Origin: Tubulanus polymorphus
Lineage: Eukaryota; Animalia; Nemertea
NCBI RefSeq assembly: GCF_964204645.1
Contig: NC_134028.1
Span: 22,068,345-22,132,344, forward strand
Reading direction: 5' to 3'
DNA: 64,000 nucleotides
How positions within the stretch are numbered: position 1 is the first letter of the stretch; the number at the start of each line of letters is the position of its first letter. This document shows, piece by piece, positions 12,641-26,029 of this stretch. The notes beneath the pieces are model-generated. The model did no database searches. It worked only from the letters and a program-made list of their open reading frames with translations, and was not told where the DNA came from. The position numbers and the translations under genes are program-made.

Positions 12641-14420
12641 TATTCGGAATATTATACTATATTATAACTTATACAGCGCATTATTACAAAAGGCTTTATG
12701 GCGTTTTAAAATAAGTACAACCCAACTGAGATACAATATTCAAAACATTTACATATTCAGTTATGAATTTTTTTAAACATAGTGCGAAATAAAATAAAGT
12801 AGTAACGGCATCAACGTTTATAGCGGATGTATTTAGAGTACGAATTTAGGGGAAGAAAGAGTTTTCACCGACATCAGGCGTAGCTAATTTTTAGATTCCG
12901 CGACAGGAAAAAGACCGGCTGCTGGGTTTGTTTTAGCGCTGGTAAATGGCTGAAAATATGCTTCCGGTATGTCGCCGCGGTTCCGCAGAGGGCAACATCG
13001 GAACCGCAGTCCCCAGGCAGCGACAATTTCAACTGCATCTTCCTGACATTTTGACGTTTAACAAAAAAAGAAGAAATCTATGTTGTGATTATATTTCGAC
13101 GGCGGTATAAACCGAGGTTCCGATTCTCGGCCGAACGAATGTGGAGCCCGTAGTTATCGTCATCAGGCTTCGTGAGAAAATTAGCGTTACGTATTCAATG
13201 AGATATTTCGTATGCGGGGACACAAAGCTATACGGGGTTGATCACCCGTTGATTAGCCTTAGCCGGAATATATCACTTTAGAATAATCCCGGCCAAGACT
13301 CGATACGCTTAAATAGGATTTATACAATATATGTATGCATACGTATCATAGGATGATGTTGATGATGATGATGGGTGGTTCAACTGTACCCCTGATACAA
13401 TACCAAGGTCACTTCTCTCTGACACATTTAAGGGCCTACGGCTGACCGTGACCAAAAGTATAGCTCATCGAATGATTTGATAAACTATCGATTCCAATCA
13501 TCATGAAAAACACTGTGTCGACGACAATATTGTATGATAAAAGAAAAACGGGCCCGAAAATGTTTCCTTGATCTATAGACATATCACATAGTCATGAACA
13601 TCCTGTTTGGCTATTAGGATACAGTCGACACAAACGTTTCGCTCGAGAGGAAACCATTTTTCTTTTGTAATTGTGGTATTTTCTGAGAGCACTGGGTTAC
13701 TAAATCCCTATAGGGACTACTATATTGTCATAAAGTAAAAGTTCGTTATAACGCCACCCGTTTTGGTGCAGCCACTGTTCACTTAACGCCAACATTTTCC
13801 AGAGAACAGATTTGCTAAATCTAACCCAAATTCAATGATTAATACCATTCGGTATAACGCCAAATTCGCAATCGAAATGCCATGTTTTTCATTGGTTTCA
13901 TTGGTCCCAATAATGGCATTTTAAAGTACTTTTATTGTATGCATACATTTATTCATAGAACTATAAGCGAACGGGAAGACCGACTCATCATATATCCGCA
14001 TATACGCAGTTCTATGGCAAATATATTGAAGTCAAATGAATGAACTCTCTGTGAGACAGCTAGCTAGGCTTCACGTCAGCCTAGTCTGGTGTCGGCATTG
14101 TTGCCGAAACAATTAAGAGTAACCTTTAAAATTGTCGGTCTGGTATTCAAACTAACGAGGGCCCTTCGAAGCATTTATTTGGCCAGTTCTTCATTGACTA
14201 TCCGGTTAACAATAGCCGCGATCACGCCAAATCGGCACGGATCAGGCCCGAGTCAAATTGCCTATGCCTCTACGTTCGATATTGCCAAAATCTAAAATAA
14301 GATTTTGTAATTTCTTAATTCTTAATTAATTAACGAATTACCATTATTAACGAAATGAATGGTTCCATTGGTCAAACACTTCCGTATTGTGGCGATAAAT
14401 TGTAGAGAATATTTTTGTTA

Positions 14421-14473
14421 ACTCAGTATTCCTGAAGAAGACTATTAGGTTATAGTCGAAACGTCGGGCGAGT
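14421..14473 (+). ncRNA. Minimal type-I hammerhead ribozyme motif (Penelope-like-element type, family 1)
   Basis: actc..ttc-CTGAAGA-a-GACTAT(taggtt)ATAGTC-GAA-ACGT-C^gggcgagt: intact catalytic core, perfect 6-bp stem II, palindromic ACGT stem III, GUC triplet ending at 14465, imperfect stem I. Confidence 0.65.
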
Positions 14474-14744
14474 CAATAGATTATTAGCTTTAAGGAAACC
14501 TTTCGGATCGACTTATTTAAATATTTATTTACCGGTTGCCCAACTGCATTATGGTTCACCCCTATTAATGTATTCTACCGAAAATTAACATGCCGAGGAA
14601 TAGTTCATTGAACAGCTTTCATCTACACCATTTACATTCATGTAGTAGAATGCATATTGGAGATTAGTAGCTGCGAGCGCTGTCGTATTGAACACACGGC
14701 CTCATCGTGTTCATCTATGTAGTATAACACCACACAGTCATCAA

Positions 14745-14817
14745 GCCCTCGTGGCACAACGGATAGCGCGCTGGACTTCTAATCCAGAGGTTCTGGGTTC
14801 GAATCCCAGCGAGGGTG
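14745..14817 (+). tRNA. tRNA-Arg (anticodon TCT), intronless
   Basis: 73-nt cloverleaf: acceptor GCCCTCG/CGAGGGT, anticodon arm CTGGA-CTTCTAA-TCCAG, T-arm CTGGG-TTCGAAT-CCCAG, followed by an oligo-T Pol III terminator. Confidence 0.95.
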
Positions 14818-17142
14818 TTCTTTTTTTCAAATACAATTATTTCAATAGACTACGTCGGTTTCTAGATGAGCTAATCTAATATCAAAATATATATGAAATA
14901 AATACTGACTTAGCTGTTTGCAGTAGAGGGAAAAAAGGCGGAGCGCTCATTTCTTGGAGTTTTCCAAAGTTCCATGCTTCCCGACTGCTACTCCGGATTC
15001 GTTTGTCAAAACTTCGTTTCATGTTAGCCTGAATCAGCTACTTTTACTCGTGAATTGAGAGCTCACACATTAAACATGACCTGGAGGAAGAAAAACAACA
15101 AGAAAGCTACCAATATAGTTCTAAATATAGTTCTAATTTCTTCATCAAAAACGGGCGCACTCAATATCAATCAGGGCTACTATCAATAGTGCGAAAAAAA
15201 TCGATACAGGGAGAACTGATATTTTCAACAACAAGAAAAAAACTTATTCTATAGAAACTTTTAGACAAAACCATGAGACACAAAGTCAGACTGATTTTAT
15301 TTTATTTTTTCTTTCGTTTGATTTTTGTTTTGATTTGGTTTTTCTAAAACCTTTGACAAATACGTTCAAACATTTACCGTTCTGATTATGCATCGTTGAA
15401 TCTAATCTTTTTTCTCAAACAATTACGTTAATGAAATATATACACATATACTACGATGTCGGTAGCCAGCCGTAGAAAATGGCCTTTCTTTCTACTTCGA
15501 CGGTACCGAGCCATGTTTAAAGAGTATACCTCTAATTGGCTTGTTGTTTTGTCTATAATCACGTATCAAAGCGATTTAAACAGCGATGAAACATGTCTTA
15601 TTCGGCGAACTCGAGGCGGCCCCGTTTTTAATGCACCCGTTTCTGCCGCGTTAGAAGAATATCATCAAGCGGCTTTCCTGCCAGATATAGTGACGTCATC
15701 TCGCAACGATCCGTTATCGCGCAGTAACGGGATTATCCGAGGATTACGTATGATTATTTCTTTTCAAATTGATAAATATGGTTTTTATCTCGTTCGCTTT
15801 TTTCCGTCCGTATGAAAACGAGGCCGCGCCGAAAATAGTTGATGTATACAGCTGCACGGGATCAGCCGGGATTGAAAGCAATCGATGAGATAAAAATATT
15901 TCACTGAATATATCCCTACGTTATCCGGTATATGAATACGATGGTTTGTGTTCTCGTATAGGATGGGGTCTTTGCGTATGGAATCATTCAACGCCGTAAG
16001 TTATTCAATGTTAGTAAACTCCATGGCGATTTTTACTATGGTAAAATTTTATTGGTATACTACTCTAATAATTCTATATTCCCAGTAGCCCATTGTTTAT
16101 AGGTTAACATGGCCAGCCCATGATTTTGTGCTAGATTGACTATTTAGAGATGAAATTAGTTCATACGCAGTTCTATAATTCTAACCAAGAACTAAGGTCC
16201 GGGTCCAGTACCGCAGTCAAGACCAAAACCAAGACCCATCAGCATCGAAGCGCACCAGACCCCTCCCCCCATGGGACACGACAATCTAAAATCATGAATT
16301 GCTCCTTATGGGCAGTAATCGGTTAAACTGGACCCAGTCTCATATCGGGGCGAATAACTTTTTACCAATGAAACGGACACAATGTTAAGGATTTTATTCC
16401 ATTGCCATGGATGGAATTAAGCCCATCCCTATACGCAATATAACAGACTCATTTTCTATTATTTGACATCTCAGTCGTCGACGCCGAGTAGCAGTTTTTA
16501 TCATAACAATGTCATAGATCTATATTTGCCCGGGGGATACTTTATTGATGACATCGGACATGACAGGAATGCACAATTAAAATCTCATTTAGAAACGATC
16601 CGAGATCGTCGTTCATTCTCACTTCGTTCGGCGGTTTCAACGCTGTCTATAATACGCGCGTATAAGTCGATCGGCTGCGGAAGAATGAATTGTCGTAATT
16701 CAAATAAAGTATTTTCAAGGGCCTGAACACCAGCGCGAACTGCAAACATCAGCCGTGCCGATTGACTTCGCGGGGTGTGTTTATCTATCGCGACGAGCGC
16801 TTTTCCAATGCATTAAATTCTAAGCCCATCATTTAGCAGATGAATCTGTCAAGAAAGGCGACTTAATATTTCGATACTTGTTTGCTGTCGGCGGCGTTGG
16901 TAAACACGGCGCCACGTATGAGCGTCACAATCCGTTCGGAATTTGACTGTTTGCCGTAAATGTAATGACACCCGCAATAATTCCGCTGCAGTTGGGGGAT
17001 TAAATTCGATTGATGCGCGCGTACATTTTTCATTCATAATCACGGGATTTTCGTGGAATGAAATTCCCCGCCATCACAACGTAGACGAGTTCGAATCGAC
17101 ATCTATTTGGGATAGGATAAAATCGAGTTCATTGAATGGTGG

Positions 17143-17540
17143 CCAGAACCCAGTTTCACGGAAGAGCTTAAATCGGTTAAGTTTGAATTCATAATTGTCC
17201 TTATTGAAAAACATGAAATTACCAACAGCAACAAAAATTCAAAAAGTTTAACCTTTTTGTGAAACCGTACAGGGCCAGGGTTCAGTTCATGAAAAAGTTT
17301 AAGCTTAAAATGGTAAAAAGTTTGAATTAATTGCACTAATTGAAAAAATAAAATTACCAACAGCAAGCAAACCAAAAATTCAAAAAGTTCAACCTTTTTG
17401 TGAAACTGGACCCTGGGGCCTGGGCGCAAGTTTAAGCTTGGAACGGTTCAGTTTGAATTGTTGTCCTCGATGAAAACGTGAACGCCAGTAGCTCTTAAAC
17501 CGAAAATTTGAGCTAAACTTTTCCATGAAACTGGGGCCAG
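17143..17540. mobile_element. Cluster of tandem/nested MITE-like copies with CCAGTTTCA...TGAAACTGG ends
   Basis: Two direct internal copies (17150-17265 vs 17280-17412) plus a third unit; similar termini to the 63268-63386 element. Confidence 0.55.
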
Positions 17541-17840
17541 TGCCATATCCTGTAGATGATCGATATAGCATTTTTTCTTAAATTATTCATTTTGTATGCA
17601 TCGTCTGCATAACCCACCAGCCACAACAGCAAAAAATAGGAAAAGGGCTTAGGCGTTGAGATCATGAATCTATAGAGAAATTTCAGCGTAAAACTCCAGT
17701 TTTCACTGCGAATGAATGGTCGATTTTCGATGGAGCAAATGGCGCTTAGACACCGGTGGCGAACTATATAAAGAACCAACTGTCCCGAATGAGTTTCATG
17801 ACGATAAGATATATAACCGCCACCGTAACATATTTATTAC

Positions 17841-17872
17841 CTGGCACAAGAAAAAAGTGAACATTCAATCAT
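17841..17872 (-). CDS. Candidate alternative first coding exon MIECSLFSCA (phase 2)
   Basis: ATG to CAG|gtaata, 32 nt. Short enough to arise by chance; supported only by sharing its phase with the other candidates. Confidence 0.3.
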
Positions 17873-19426
17873 GGATTGTGAAGAATTGTTGATTGAATGT
17901 GACATTCACCGTGCCACATTAAATTAGTTCTCTGGATGTGTATACGGCAGTAACGTGCAGTAACTGCATGGACAGTTTAAAAATTCTTTTTCACAGTAAA
18001 TTACACCTTTCAACGAAACTCGCTCTTAATATCTAGTTTTCCCTGATTCAACTCGCCCGGTCTACTAGTCAAATATAAGAGAAACATTTATGTCGCGTCT
18101 ACGTCAATCAGTAATTAGGAATCTCTCCGAAATGGCATCCCGGATGTTATTTTCGTATAGAAAAAAAACCCGCGCGCCGCCGACCGCTTGATACGGGGTT
18201 GATATACGCCGACGGTAAACGTTGTGTTTTGTTATATGAAAAGCCAATCATTAAGCATATAAAAATGCCGAGATTGACGTTACGGTGACGGTAATGGTTT
18301 GTCGTGTGGCGTAAATCATGCAATCCCCGAGCGCTAACGGTTCAACCACCTCCTCGCCGCCGCAGTCGAACCGTGCGTGGAAAAACGCTCAATGAAAAAC
18401 ACCACTGTCGTGGTAATTTCCTGTTATAAACGTGACAAGTGGCCTTTATTTTTTGTAAAGCTTTTAATTCGAGGAAAGCGGGTTTGTCTCGTACGAAACG
18501 CCCGCTTTCGCGCGTCGCGGAAAGGATTTAGAAAACAAAATGGCCACCACACAAATCCCCATTGACGTTGTAGTTCTTTAGTGATTAGATCGTTCCTTCC
18601 ACATCGACAATAAGTAGTGGGCAAGATGATGACGTCATCGGGGATTCAAAGGGAGCTATTTTAAAATGGAGAGGTATATCGGCAAACAGGGTAACGTTCT
18701 TAGCCCTAGTTGCTATCGAAACTGGGGAACCCTTAACCGTAATTTTGGAAATAACCGGAACTGACAACATTGATACTTGTTAGAAGAAGTGTTCTCAACC
18801 AGCACTTCCCTGCTTGTGAGACTAAACAGAATAAACACAACATCTTTAGAATGCAAATTTAATGCAGTATTTTGTTTGTTAGTTAGATTTCTACGATTTC
18901 GACGATTTTGCTGCAGGTGATACGAAAAATTCCGACAGGTTTTGTCGCGAGTATTGACAGGAAACGCCTGCTGTACACAAACAGTCAGTCAGTCGAGCTG
19001 ATGCATTCTCAATATCTCTCTATAGCTGTTCATAGTCGCTGTTAGTTCCATACAGCAGTATCGACCGGAAGTACCACGCGTCGAATCAGTTCCGGTTCGA
19101 TGATTTCGTCGACGATGATGTTTATACGCGACAAGTCACGTGATCGTAGAGAAAGTGTAAAACGATAAAAAGACGGTGAAACGTACGGCGAAATGAGAAA
19201 GTCATAATGCCGAACCGATCAGTGAATTAATGACACTGAACTAAACAATGTCACGACTGTTTTTCAAATAAATGAAATAGATTTGCTCTGAAGTCGAGAT
19301 CGGATTGGATGATTTGGATCCCTGTTTTCCATCGTTGAATAGATACTGCCAAAGACTTCGTCATCGATGTGACCCAAAAACTACTACCCCAATAAAAATA
19401 CCAATGTAAGATTGAACAGGCCCATA

Positions 19427-19811
19427 TTTAAAGGGGTTTGGGGGTCGGTACGAACTGTGACAAAGTCCCACCCAGATGCCGGCCTTAAGAAGATTTGAGA
19501 ATCGATTTCAAAAGATTCACCCATTAGTAATACTTTTTCATTTCGTTTTCGTTCAGAATATGCACATGTTACCAAATTTAGTTGATTTGAGTCCAAATTG
19601 TCGGAACTTGTCCAAACTTTCCACCACAAATATATAGTAGTAGTTTTGTAATGTATTCTCTTTGCATCTAATTGTCGAATTTTCCGCATCAATAGGACCC
19701 GACATAGGACCATAGGTCATAGGACCCGACATTAGCGCGGGTGCCGCACATAAAGTTCCATTTTCATGAAAATCGAACCCCCTCAACGACGTAGTGCTGG
19801 CTACGGGCCTG
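19427..19811. mobile_element. Interspersed repeat (hAT-like CAGGCCC...GGGCCTG ends); second copy at ~33515-33857
   Basis: Shared blocks TTTGAGAATCGATTTC, TTTTCGTTCAGA, TTAGTTGATTTGAG, AAAATCGAACCC and ACGGGCCTG in both copies. Confidence 0.65.
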
Positions 19812-20678
19812 TTGCAAGTTACGAATGCAAAATATCAAGTTCTGAAATACGTGGACGAAACAAATCGTCCTAAAAATGATCGACAAACCTCTCTGTCAAA
19901 AACCAAACGTAAAAAGTCGTGAGCCTCTAATCCAATGGTGAATCGCATGCGTAATCCACGTAGAGCGAAAGGCCGGTGCGAAGGTTCGAATCTTACCGTT
20001 TCTGGTGCGCCGAGTATGTAGCGTGTAGGTCAGATACCATGCTAGCACCTATATACAGTGAAAATAGAACAGTACCACTGTACGTAAGTGCAAGCATGAC
20101 ATTCGAACTAATCCATCGGCGCCGTGCTGGTGATGGTGGTGGTCGTCGTCGTCGTGATTCTTTTCAATTCCCAATTGATATCAGGTATCGAATCCCCAGA
20201 GTTGCCTGTTAGATTTACATAACGTATATATATATATATATAACATATACAGTTCCCTTCTAGAAATCGTGATTTAAAGATGAACTTATGTCATTCTGAA
20301 AGAATGATTTGGTGCCTAAAAACATCGGCGAATAGTAACGCTTACCTCGGAAGTCGGAGACAAACTGACCTCGGGTATTGTGCAACTTGTGCGTGGTCCA
20401 ACCACCGCGTGGTCCAACCAACGCGCAGTCCATCCCCCGCTCTAATTACGAGTATTAATTGCGGATGATTAATTATCCGTTAAATTACAATTCTGACCGA
20501 AGCTGTAAGATTCATTGACTCACTTACATAGCCGGTCGGACATTGGTCAATCGAGCAATCCCTGATGATCGAAAACTCAGTCATCTATGTCGTAGCGAAT
20601 ATAGATTACCTCAAATCGCTAAAAACACTTTCCTGTAGTTGAAGTATGAATGGGGGCGCCCGGGATAGATAGATGGTT

Positions 20679-20724
20679 GGATGGATGGATGGATGGATGG
20701 ATGGATGGATGGATGGATGGATGG
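20679..20724. repeat. (GGAT)n microsatellite
   Basis: Directly visible. Confidence 0.95.
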
Positions 20725-21439
20725 GTTTTTTACGAAATTAAAATGCCGTTAAAAAGATATTTGATAACATAGATATTTGATATTTTAATCTGTTTTCGTC
20801 GAAGTATTATATAGCTTGTACGGCATTTGTAATATCAATATTGAATGATAAAATGAAATGACTGCTAGATGATACCAGGAATATCTAATGTGTCGTTACT
20901 CGTCAACGAGAAACCACCATTTTCATTCACTAAACTTATAGAATGGTCGCCGTTAAATAGTATCACAATTAGATCCACACAAGACAGGGGATTCTTGAGG
21001 GAAAGCTCTTGTTTTCCGTTCTTGGCGATGTTACACACCTTGAAGTTGATATCTTACGTATAATATAGAGTAATCAACTGATCTAACTCCGGAATTACAT
21101 CTAATCAACAACTGTAACGCAAGCTGCTGATTCGAAAGAAAACTGAATGCTGACAAAAACCACTAATAGATGTGCTGATCGGTAATAATAATAATGATGA
21201 TAATAATAATGATGATAGTCATTTGTGTAGCGTAGTTTCCATGTAAAACAAAGTTCAAATGCGCTCCTTCGGATTAAAGCTTGAAATAAGCACAGACTAG
21301 TTTGGTTTTTATGGAATTTTTGAACTGAGTGGCATATTGGTAACAACAATAAGGGTGAATGCTTTATGCATTTCTTTATCATAAGAAATTGTACATCTTC
21401 AAAAGTAATTTGATTTCTCTAGCGCTCTTAGCGTGTAGC

Positions 21440-21598
21440 CATCTAGGGCCAACTTCTGGGTTAGTCGACTAGAATCGAACTAAGTGAAACCGAATTTCAG
21501 TTAGTCGATATTCCAGAAATAGTTCGGAAATTAAGCGCATTCGGTCATTGGTTCCGACCGCTAGTCGACTAGATACGAAAACCGAATTTGGCCCTGGC
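21440..21598. mobile_element. Interspersed repeat with AGTCGACTAG motifs; inverted-orientation copy at ~30453-30610
   Basis: Reverse complement of the 30453-30610 segment matches (GTCGACTA, AACCGAAT, GCGCATTCGGT, GATACGAA..CCGAATTTGGCC). Confidence 0.7.
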
Positions 21599-21740
21599 CA
21601 GGTACCCATTCACTCCGGGGAGAGGCGATGAGGATAGATGTCTTGTCAGCGGACGCTACGGTAAAGTTAAGTACGGGGTTCAAAACCAAGACCTGGTTTC
21701 CCAGAGGCGAACGATCTTACTGCTCTGCCACACCGCTCGC
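21598..21740 (-). mobile_element. tRNA-derived SINE-like fragment
   Basis: CCAGGTACCCATT...GAGAGGC...GTCTTG block resembling conserved invertebrate SINE central domains, followed by a reverse-oriented degenerate B-box/A-box head. Confidence 0.45.
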
Positions 21741-23806
21741 TCGATATAATGGACTAACGATACGATATATAATAATGATGAGGCTTTCATGACCGCAAAA
21801 AAAAACTAACCAACTCTCGACCCGAAAACTCTTAACTTTATACATTAACGAAAACTCATAATAATCGCAATCTCTTCCTAATCTCTTACGATAACTATAC
21901 TCATCATCAATTTCCTATCTCGAAACAAATAAGACGTGAATATAAATATGAGCCATTAGTAAATAGATCGATCGTCAGAGAGATGGCCACAGTAATTAGG
22001 CGATCTGTATAATTGGACTAAATCGACGCAAAGTCAGCCGACCGCGACATAGCTATAATGTGTATTTAAGTCTCCGTCGTTTAATCACCACAACCCGAAA
22101 CGCATCGCTGGACTGGTGTCGTGTTTATTTGCAAATGATTTGATTGGAAAATTAGCCGCGGAATCAACTGGAAAATAAATCGGCTCCGGATAAAGTATCG
22201 ATGTATGTACGACGACACAGTACGTATCTATATAAACCGGGCGGTAAATCTTATATGCGAGATTAAAAGATTGCCGAACTATACACGCTGTTTGCCGTTA
22301 TAACGCGAGGCTTTTCGTTGTTTTAGTATAGGGAATACCATATTCACTAAACAAGAAAATGGATTCGAATCCCACATTTTGCCAAAAAGAAACTTTGATT
22401 CAAATCCCATTTATTTTGTCAATAAGAACGGCGCACCAACATTTGAAACCATTCGCCCATAGGTTTTACTATATAATATATTATATAAAAAGAGAAATGC
22501 ATTTCAAATTCCACTGGTTAGGCTAGAAAAGTCATATCTTGTTCTCCTTTTTCTGCTTAGCTTAAATGTTGAACCGGCCGGCCGGCCGCCTATCTACCCT
22601 GTACATTACTTTTCTTCAATCATGACCAAGCTAACCATAACAGACCCGACAGCAGAGAAATGAACTGAATTTTATTGCAGTTTACAAAATGACCCGGCCA
22701 CTGCGGAGGAACAAGGTGTCATTTCATTTATAAGCCTTACCCCACCAACCTCAACATATACTCATCAAAGAAACAACCTGTCCGTGTTGTATTTAAGGAT
22801 AATTTGTAAGTCTCATACTAGAAATAGCAATAGTCCGAAATGACTGTTAGAATATAATCAAAACGTCGAATAAATATCAGCAAAAGAAAACATTCAAATT
22901 CAAAATCATTATTATCAGTTTGAGATTTTATATAAAAGCTCAATAACATCATTTCTGTGTCTAATGTTGTATATATCCGAAGAAAACGATTGCGAATTAT
23001 GAGGTTTTTGTCTTGTCTATCAGCATTAAACGGATAGAACGCTTAGTCACACGATGTTTAGGTATATTTGGTTAGTAAGTAGAGGATTATTGGTTGTAGC
23101 TCGGGTAATTAGTAACCGAAAACCAGTTCGCGGCGAATACTCGGTAAACCGGTGGCAGTTGTGCAAAGACCGACCACTGCTGACTATGAAAAAGCCGGAA
23201 ATTTCCCACCGTTCGGCTGCAGCAGTGGCTAACCCCGGCGCACGAAGTCGGCCATTATCCTCGTAATTGAAGTGGTCGCCTCTAAGATGCAGATCGTTGC
23301 CGCGAAAACACGTTTCGCCGAGAACGAATGAATGGAAAATACTTAAATATTCATAGCTTAAAGCGTCGAGATTCGTTCAAGTTTTGTTGTTTTAGGCGTC
23401 GCGTTTATTCTGTCGAAGCGAGAAAAGCTTGCATCGAGTTACACCACGTCGCAACACATTAGAAAATAGCCCTCGAGAAAAGTAAACCGCATCTGATTTA
23501 GCTATCGAAGTTCAAAGCAGGCATGATCTTAATGAAGTTGCTCGATTACAAGTTCAATGAACGCAAAACTGCTCATATTTGTAAATATTAGTAGTCGAAT
23601 AAAACACTCATCCGCGTTGACTGCCCCGCAATAGAATTTTTAAAGATAGAACGAACTGAAATGAAACCACAACGTTTTGGCTGTTGACTAACAGCCATCA
23701 TCAAGTGGAAGTGAGAAAATCAGCTTGTAAATGTGCCAGAAGAAATAGATTAACTCACTATACGTAACTATATATGATAAAACAACTAAGATATACGACG
23801 ACTTAC

Positions 23807-23839
23807 CAGTAACCCAGAGACGTTATTTCACGGAGACAT
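23807..23839 (-). CDS. Candidate 33-nt symmetric (phase 2-2) micro-exon, CLREITSLGY
   Basis: Strong acceptor ttttatatttttag and perfect donor gtaagt; open when entered in phase 2 from the 25992 exon. Confidence 0.45.
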
Positions 23840-24930
23840 CTAAAAATATAAAAGTATTCATCCTTTATAAACATCCCAACCGATGTATGAAACAAATTCG
23901 AAATCGATCAAACTCAATCAAATCCGATTAATCCTAGTATACAGCTTTACGAGTTCAGTTCTGTTCAACGAAGCGAATTTAAGATTCTAGGCACTTAATT
24001 CGCATTTGTAGTGACGACAATTTTTTTTCACAAGCATTTCCTATGTATTTCGGTATTGAACTAGAGATTTCTTGAAAAAAAATAACAGACAGTGAACGTA
24101 TATTAGTTATTTGTGAATGTACCGGTTTATCCGAGGCGACAGTTTAACTCGCGTGTACAGATACGGGGCCAAGTGCAATTGAATATCTTCATAATTTAGG
24201 ATGTACTGCGGGACCACTGAGCTATTGCTGCAGTTTATAGCAACATATAAAACGATAATGGCGTCCTGGCGGGGCCCATAAAATTCCGGTTGTCTAGACC
24301 TTCAAAAACAGCTCCGTTCCCCGGGGTAGCATCATTTATGACTACGGTGATACCATCTCCCAGTGAACATTGCCCAAACTGCGTATCAATGCACCGTTTT
24401 GCGAACCCTATAAATCAGTTCAAACAACCGATAGCGCTTAGGATTTTTTTTCGCGCGAACGCGAGGTTTGCCTAGATACACCGGCGACAGTGAAAGATGA
24501 AAGTATCGCAGACAGGAAGAGAAATGCGCAACCGACGCAGATAACCCATCCGAACCACGGCGGGTTTCGATTGCATTCTGCCGACTGCGGAATTCACGTC
24601 TGGCGCGTTCGTTTCGACCACGCTCTAACTATTCAGGAATAGCATAATCATAAACCTGATAGAAGCGGCCAGTAGAGAGTTAGTATAATCCTCAGTTGAT
24701 TATCTAGTCCTAAAAACGAAAAGGCCGAAATAAAAGAATGGCCAATTTATACCCAAACGTATGGAGAATAGATGATAGGATAGAATTAAAACAAGATGTA
24801 CGTATTACAGGTTAGATTGAAAAATCGTATGAAATGACACGACGCATTTGGCTCGTCACACCTTACGGTATATTGAAAACCATTGATGAAACACTGTTCC
24901 GTTTTGTAACGAACAGAATCCCACGCTGAT

Positions 24931-25097
24931 AAAACGAGAAAGATGAAGTCCGATAAGTTTCCTTTAAGCTAATTATTTATCGATTCGACGTTTCGACTAT
25001 ATCCTACCTGAAGATGAATATTAGGATAAAGTCGAAACGTCGAATCGATAAATCATTAGCTTGAAGGAAACTTTTCGGACTTCATCTTGCTCGTTTT
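24931..25097. mobile_element. Inverted pair of the Penelope-like, hammerhead-bearing repeat (family 1)
   Basis: ~75-bp imperfect arms around CCTGAAGATG; both arms carry TAGGATA[T/A]AGTCGAAACGTCGAATCGATAAAT..TTAGCTT.AAGGAAAC, matching the sequence at and after 14446. Confidence 0.7.
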
Positions 25098-25991
25098 GTG
25101 GGATGCTTTAAATATGGTTTATCGAATTTGTAAATAGTTGATTCTAATTGTGCTGCCTCAAACATATTCAAAATCGAAAATGACATATCGAGATGTTTAT
25201 AGTTTCTGATTTGAAGAATTTGCGATCTACAAGAAATTCGCTCTAAAAGCGAAAGATCGCGCGCAAGACGGTATGCTCGATTTATGCCGAATTTTATTAT
25301 TAAGTTTGAACGGTGCGGCGGGTTTTAGGAGTTTTATTCGACGGCGCACACGTCAAATCCACACGTATCGACGCCGTACTGAGAACCAGACGCCCGGCTG
25401 CAAAATCGTTAACGCGACGACAAGCGGCTAGATTTACAATCCGCCCACGTCAGCAGATAAATATACATCATGCACGATCTAATACATCGGAGCGCCGAAA
25501 TTGCTCCCGACGCAGTTACATCAGCACCCGTATATACGTACGTGTATATACCTCAATCAATTTAAACTACATAGTTTTCGAAAGAAGGAAACGGAACGAC
25601 AAATTGACTAATTAAACGGATTCAGACTATACTGTGTTCGCATTCTCGGTAGACTGGCCGGTCAACTCGGATGTATTTGGAAAAACATCTATTTTCCTGA
25701 CTCACAAATCGATGAACTAGTCATACAGCCCAAGCTCTGAGGCACAATTTGCGTTTTTGCTTTTATGTGTCGGCATTTTCGTTGAACGAATTTGTAATCT
25801 TATATTCACGAAGTTTCTAACCAATCTCGGTGTCGCGGTATACGCCAAATTTGAAACATTAATCAACATTTTTTGGTTGCAATTTAAAAAAGATGCAAAC
25901 ATTCACTACCGATCCTAGTTGAGAACTACGTATATACTAAGTGACGAACAATCTAAGAAATACGACGTGAAAAGAAATACATAATATTTAC

Positions 25992-26029
25992 CGTTGGTCA
26001 TTGTGTCTGTACCTGTCCCAGATACCCAT
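25992..26029 (-). CDS. Candidate alternative first coding exon MGIWDRYRHNDQ (phase 2)
   Basis: ATG to CG|gtaaat, 38 nt; a cluster of TCAGT initiator-like motifs lies ~100 nt upstream on the minus strand (26124-26142). Confidence 0.5.

Noticed and set aside
19921-20003. tRNA-like segment with GGTTCGAATC
   Set aside because: No consistent acceptor stem or 7-nt anticodon loop; at most a decayed SINE/tRNA relic.
20346-20433. ATG-to-donor segment MDCALVGPRGG... on the minus strand (also the 17-nt MLRLV segment at 22741-22757)
   Set aside because: The first ends in phase 1 and contains a local duplication; the second is too short to distinguish from chance.
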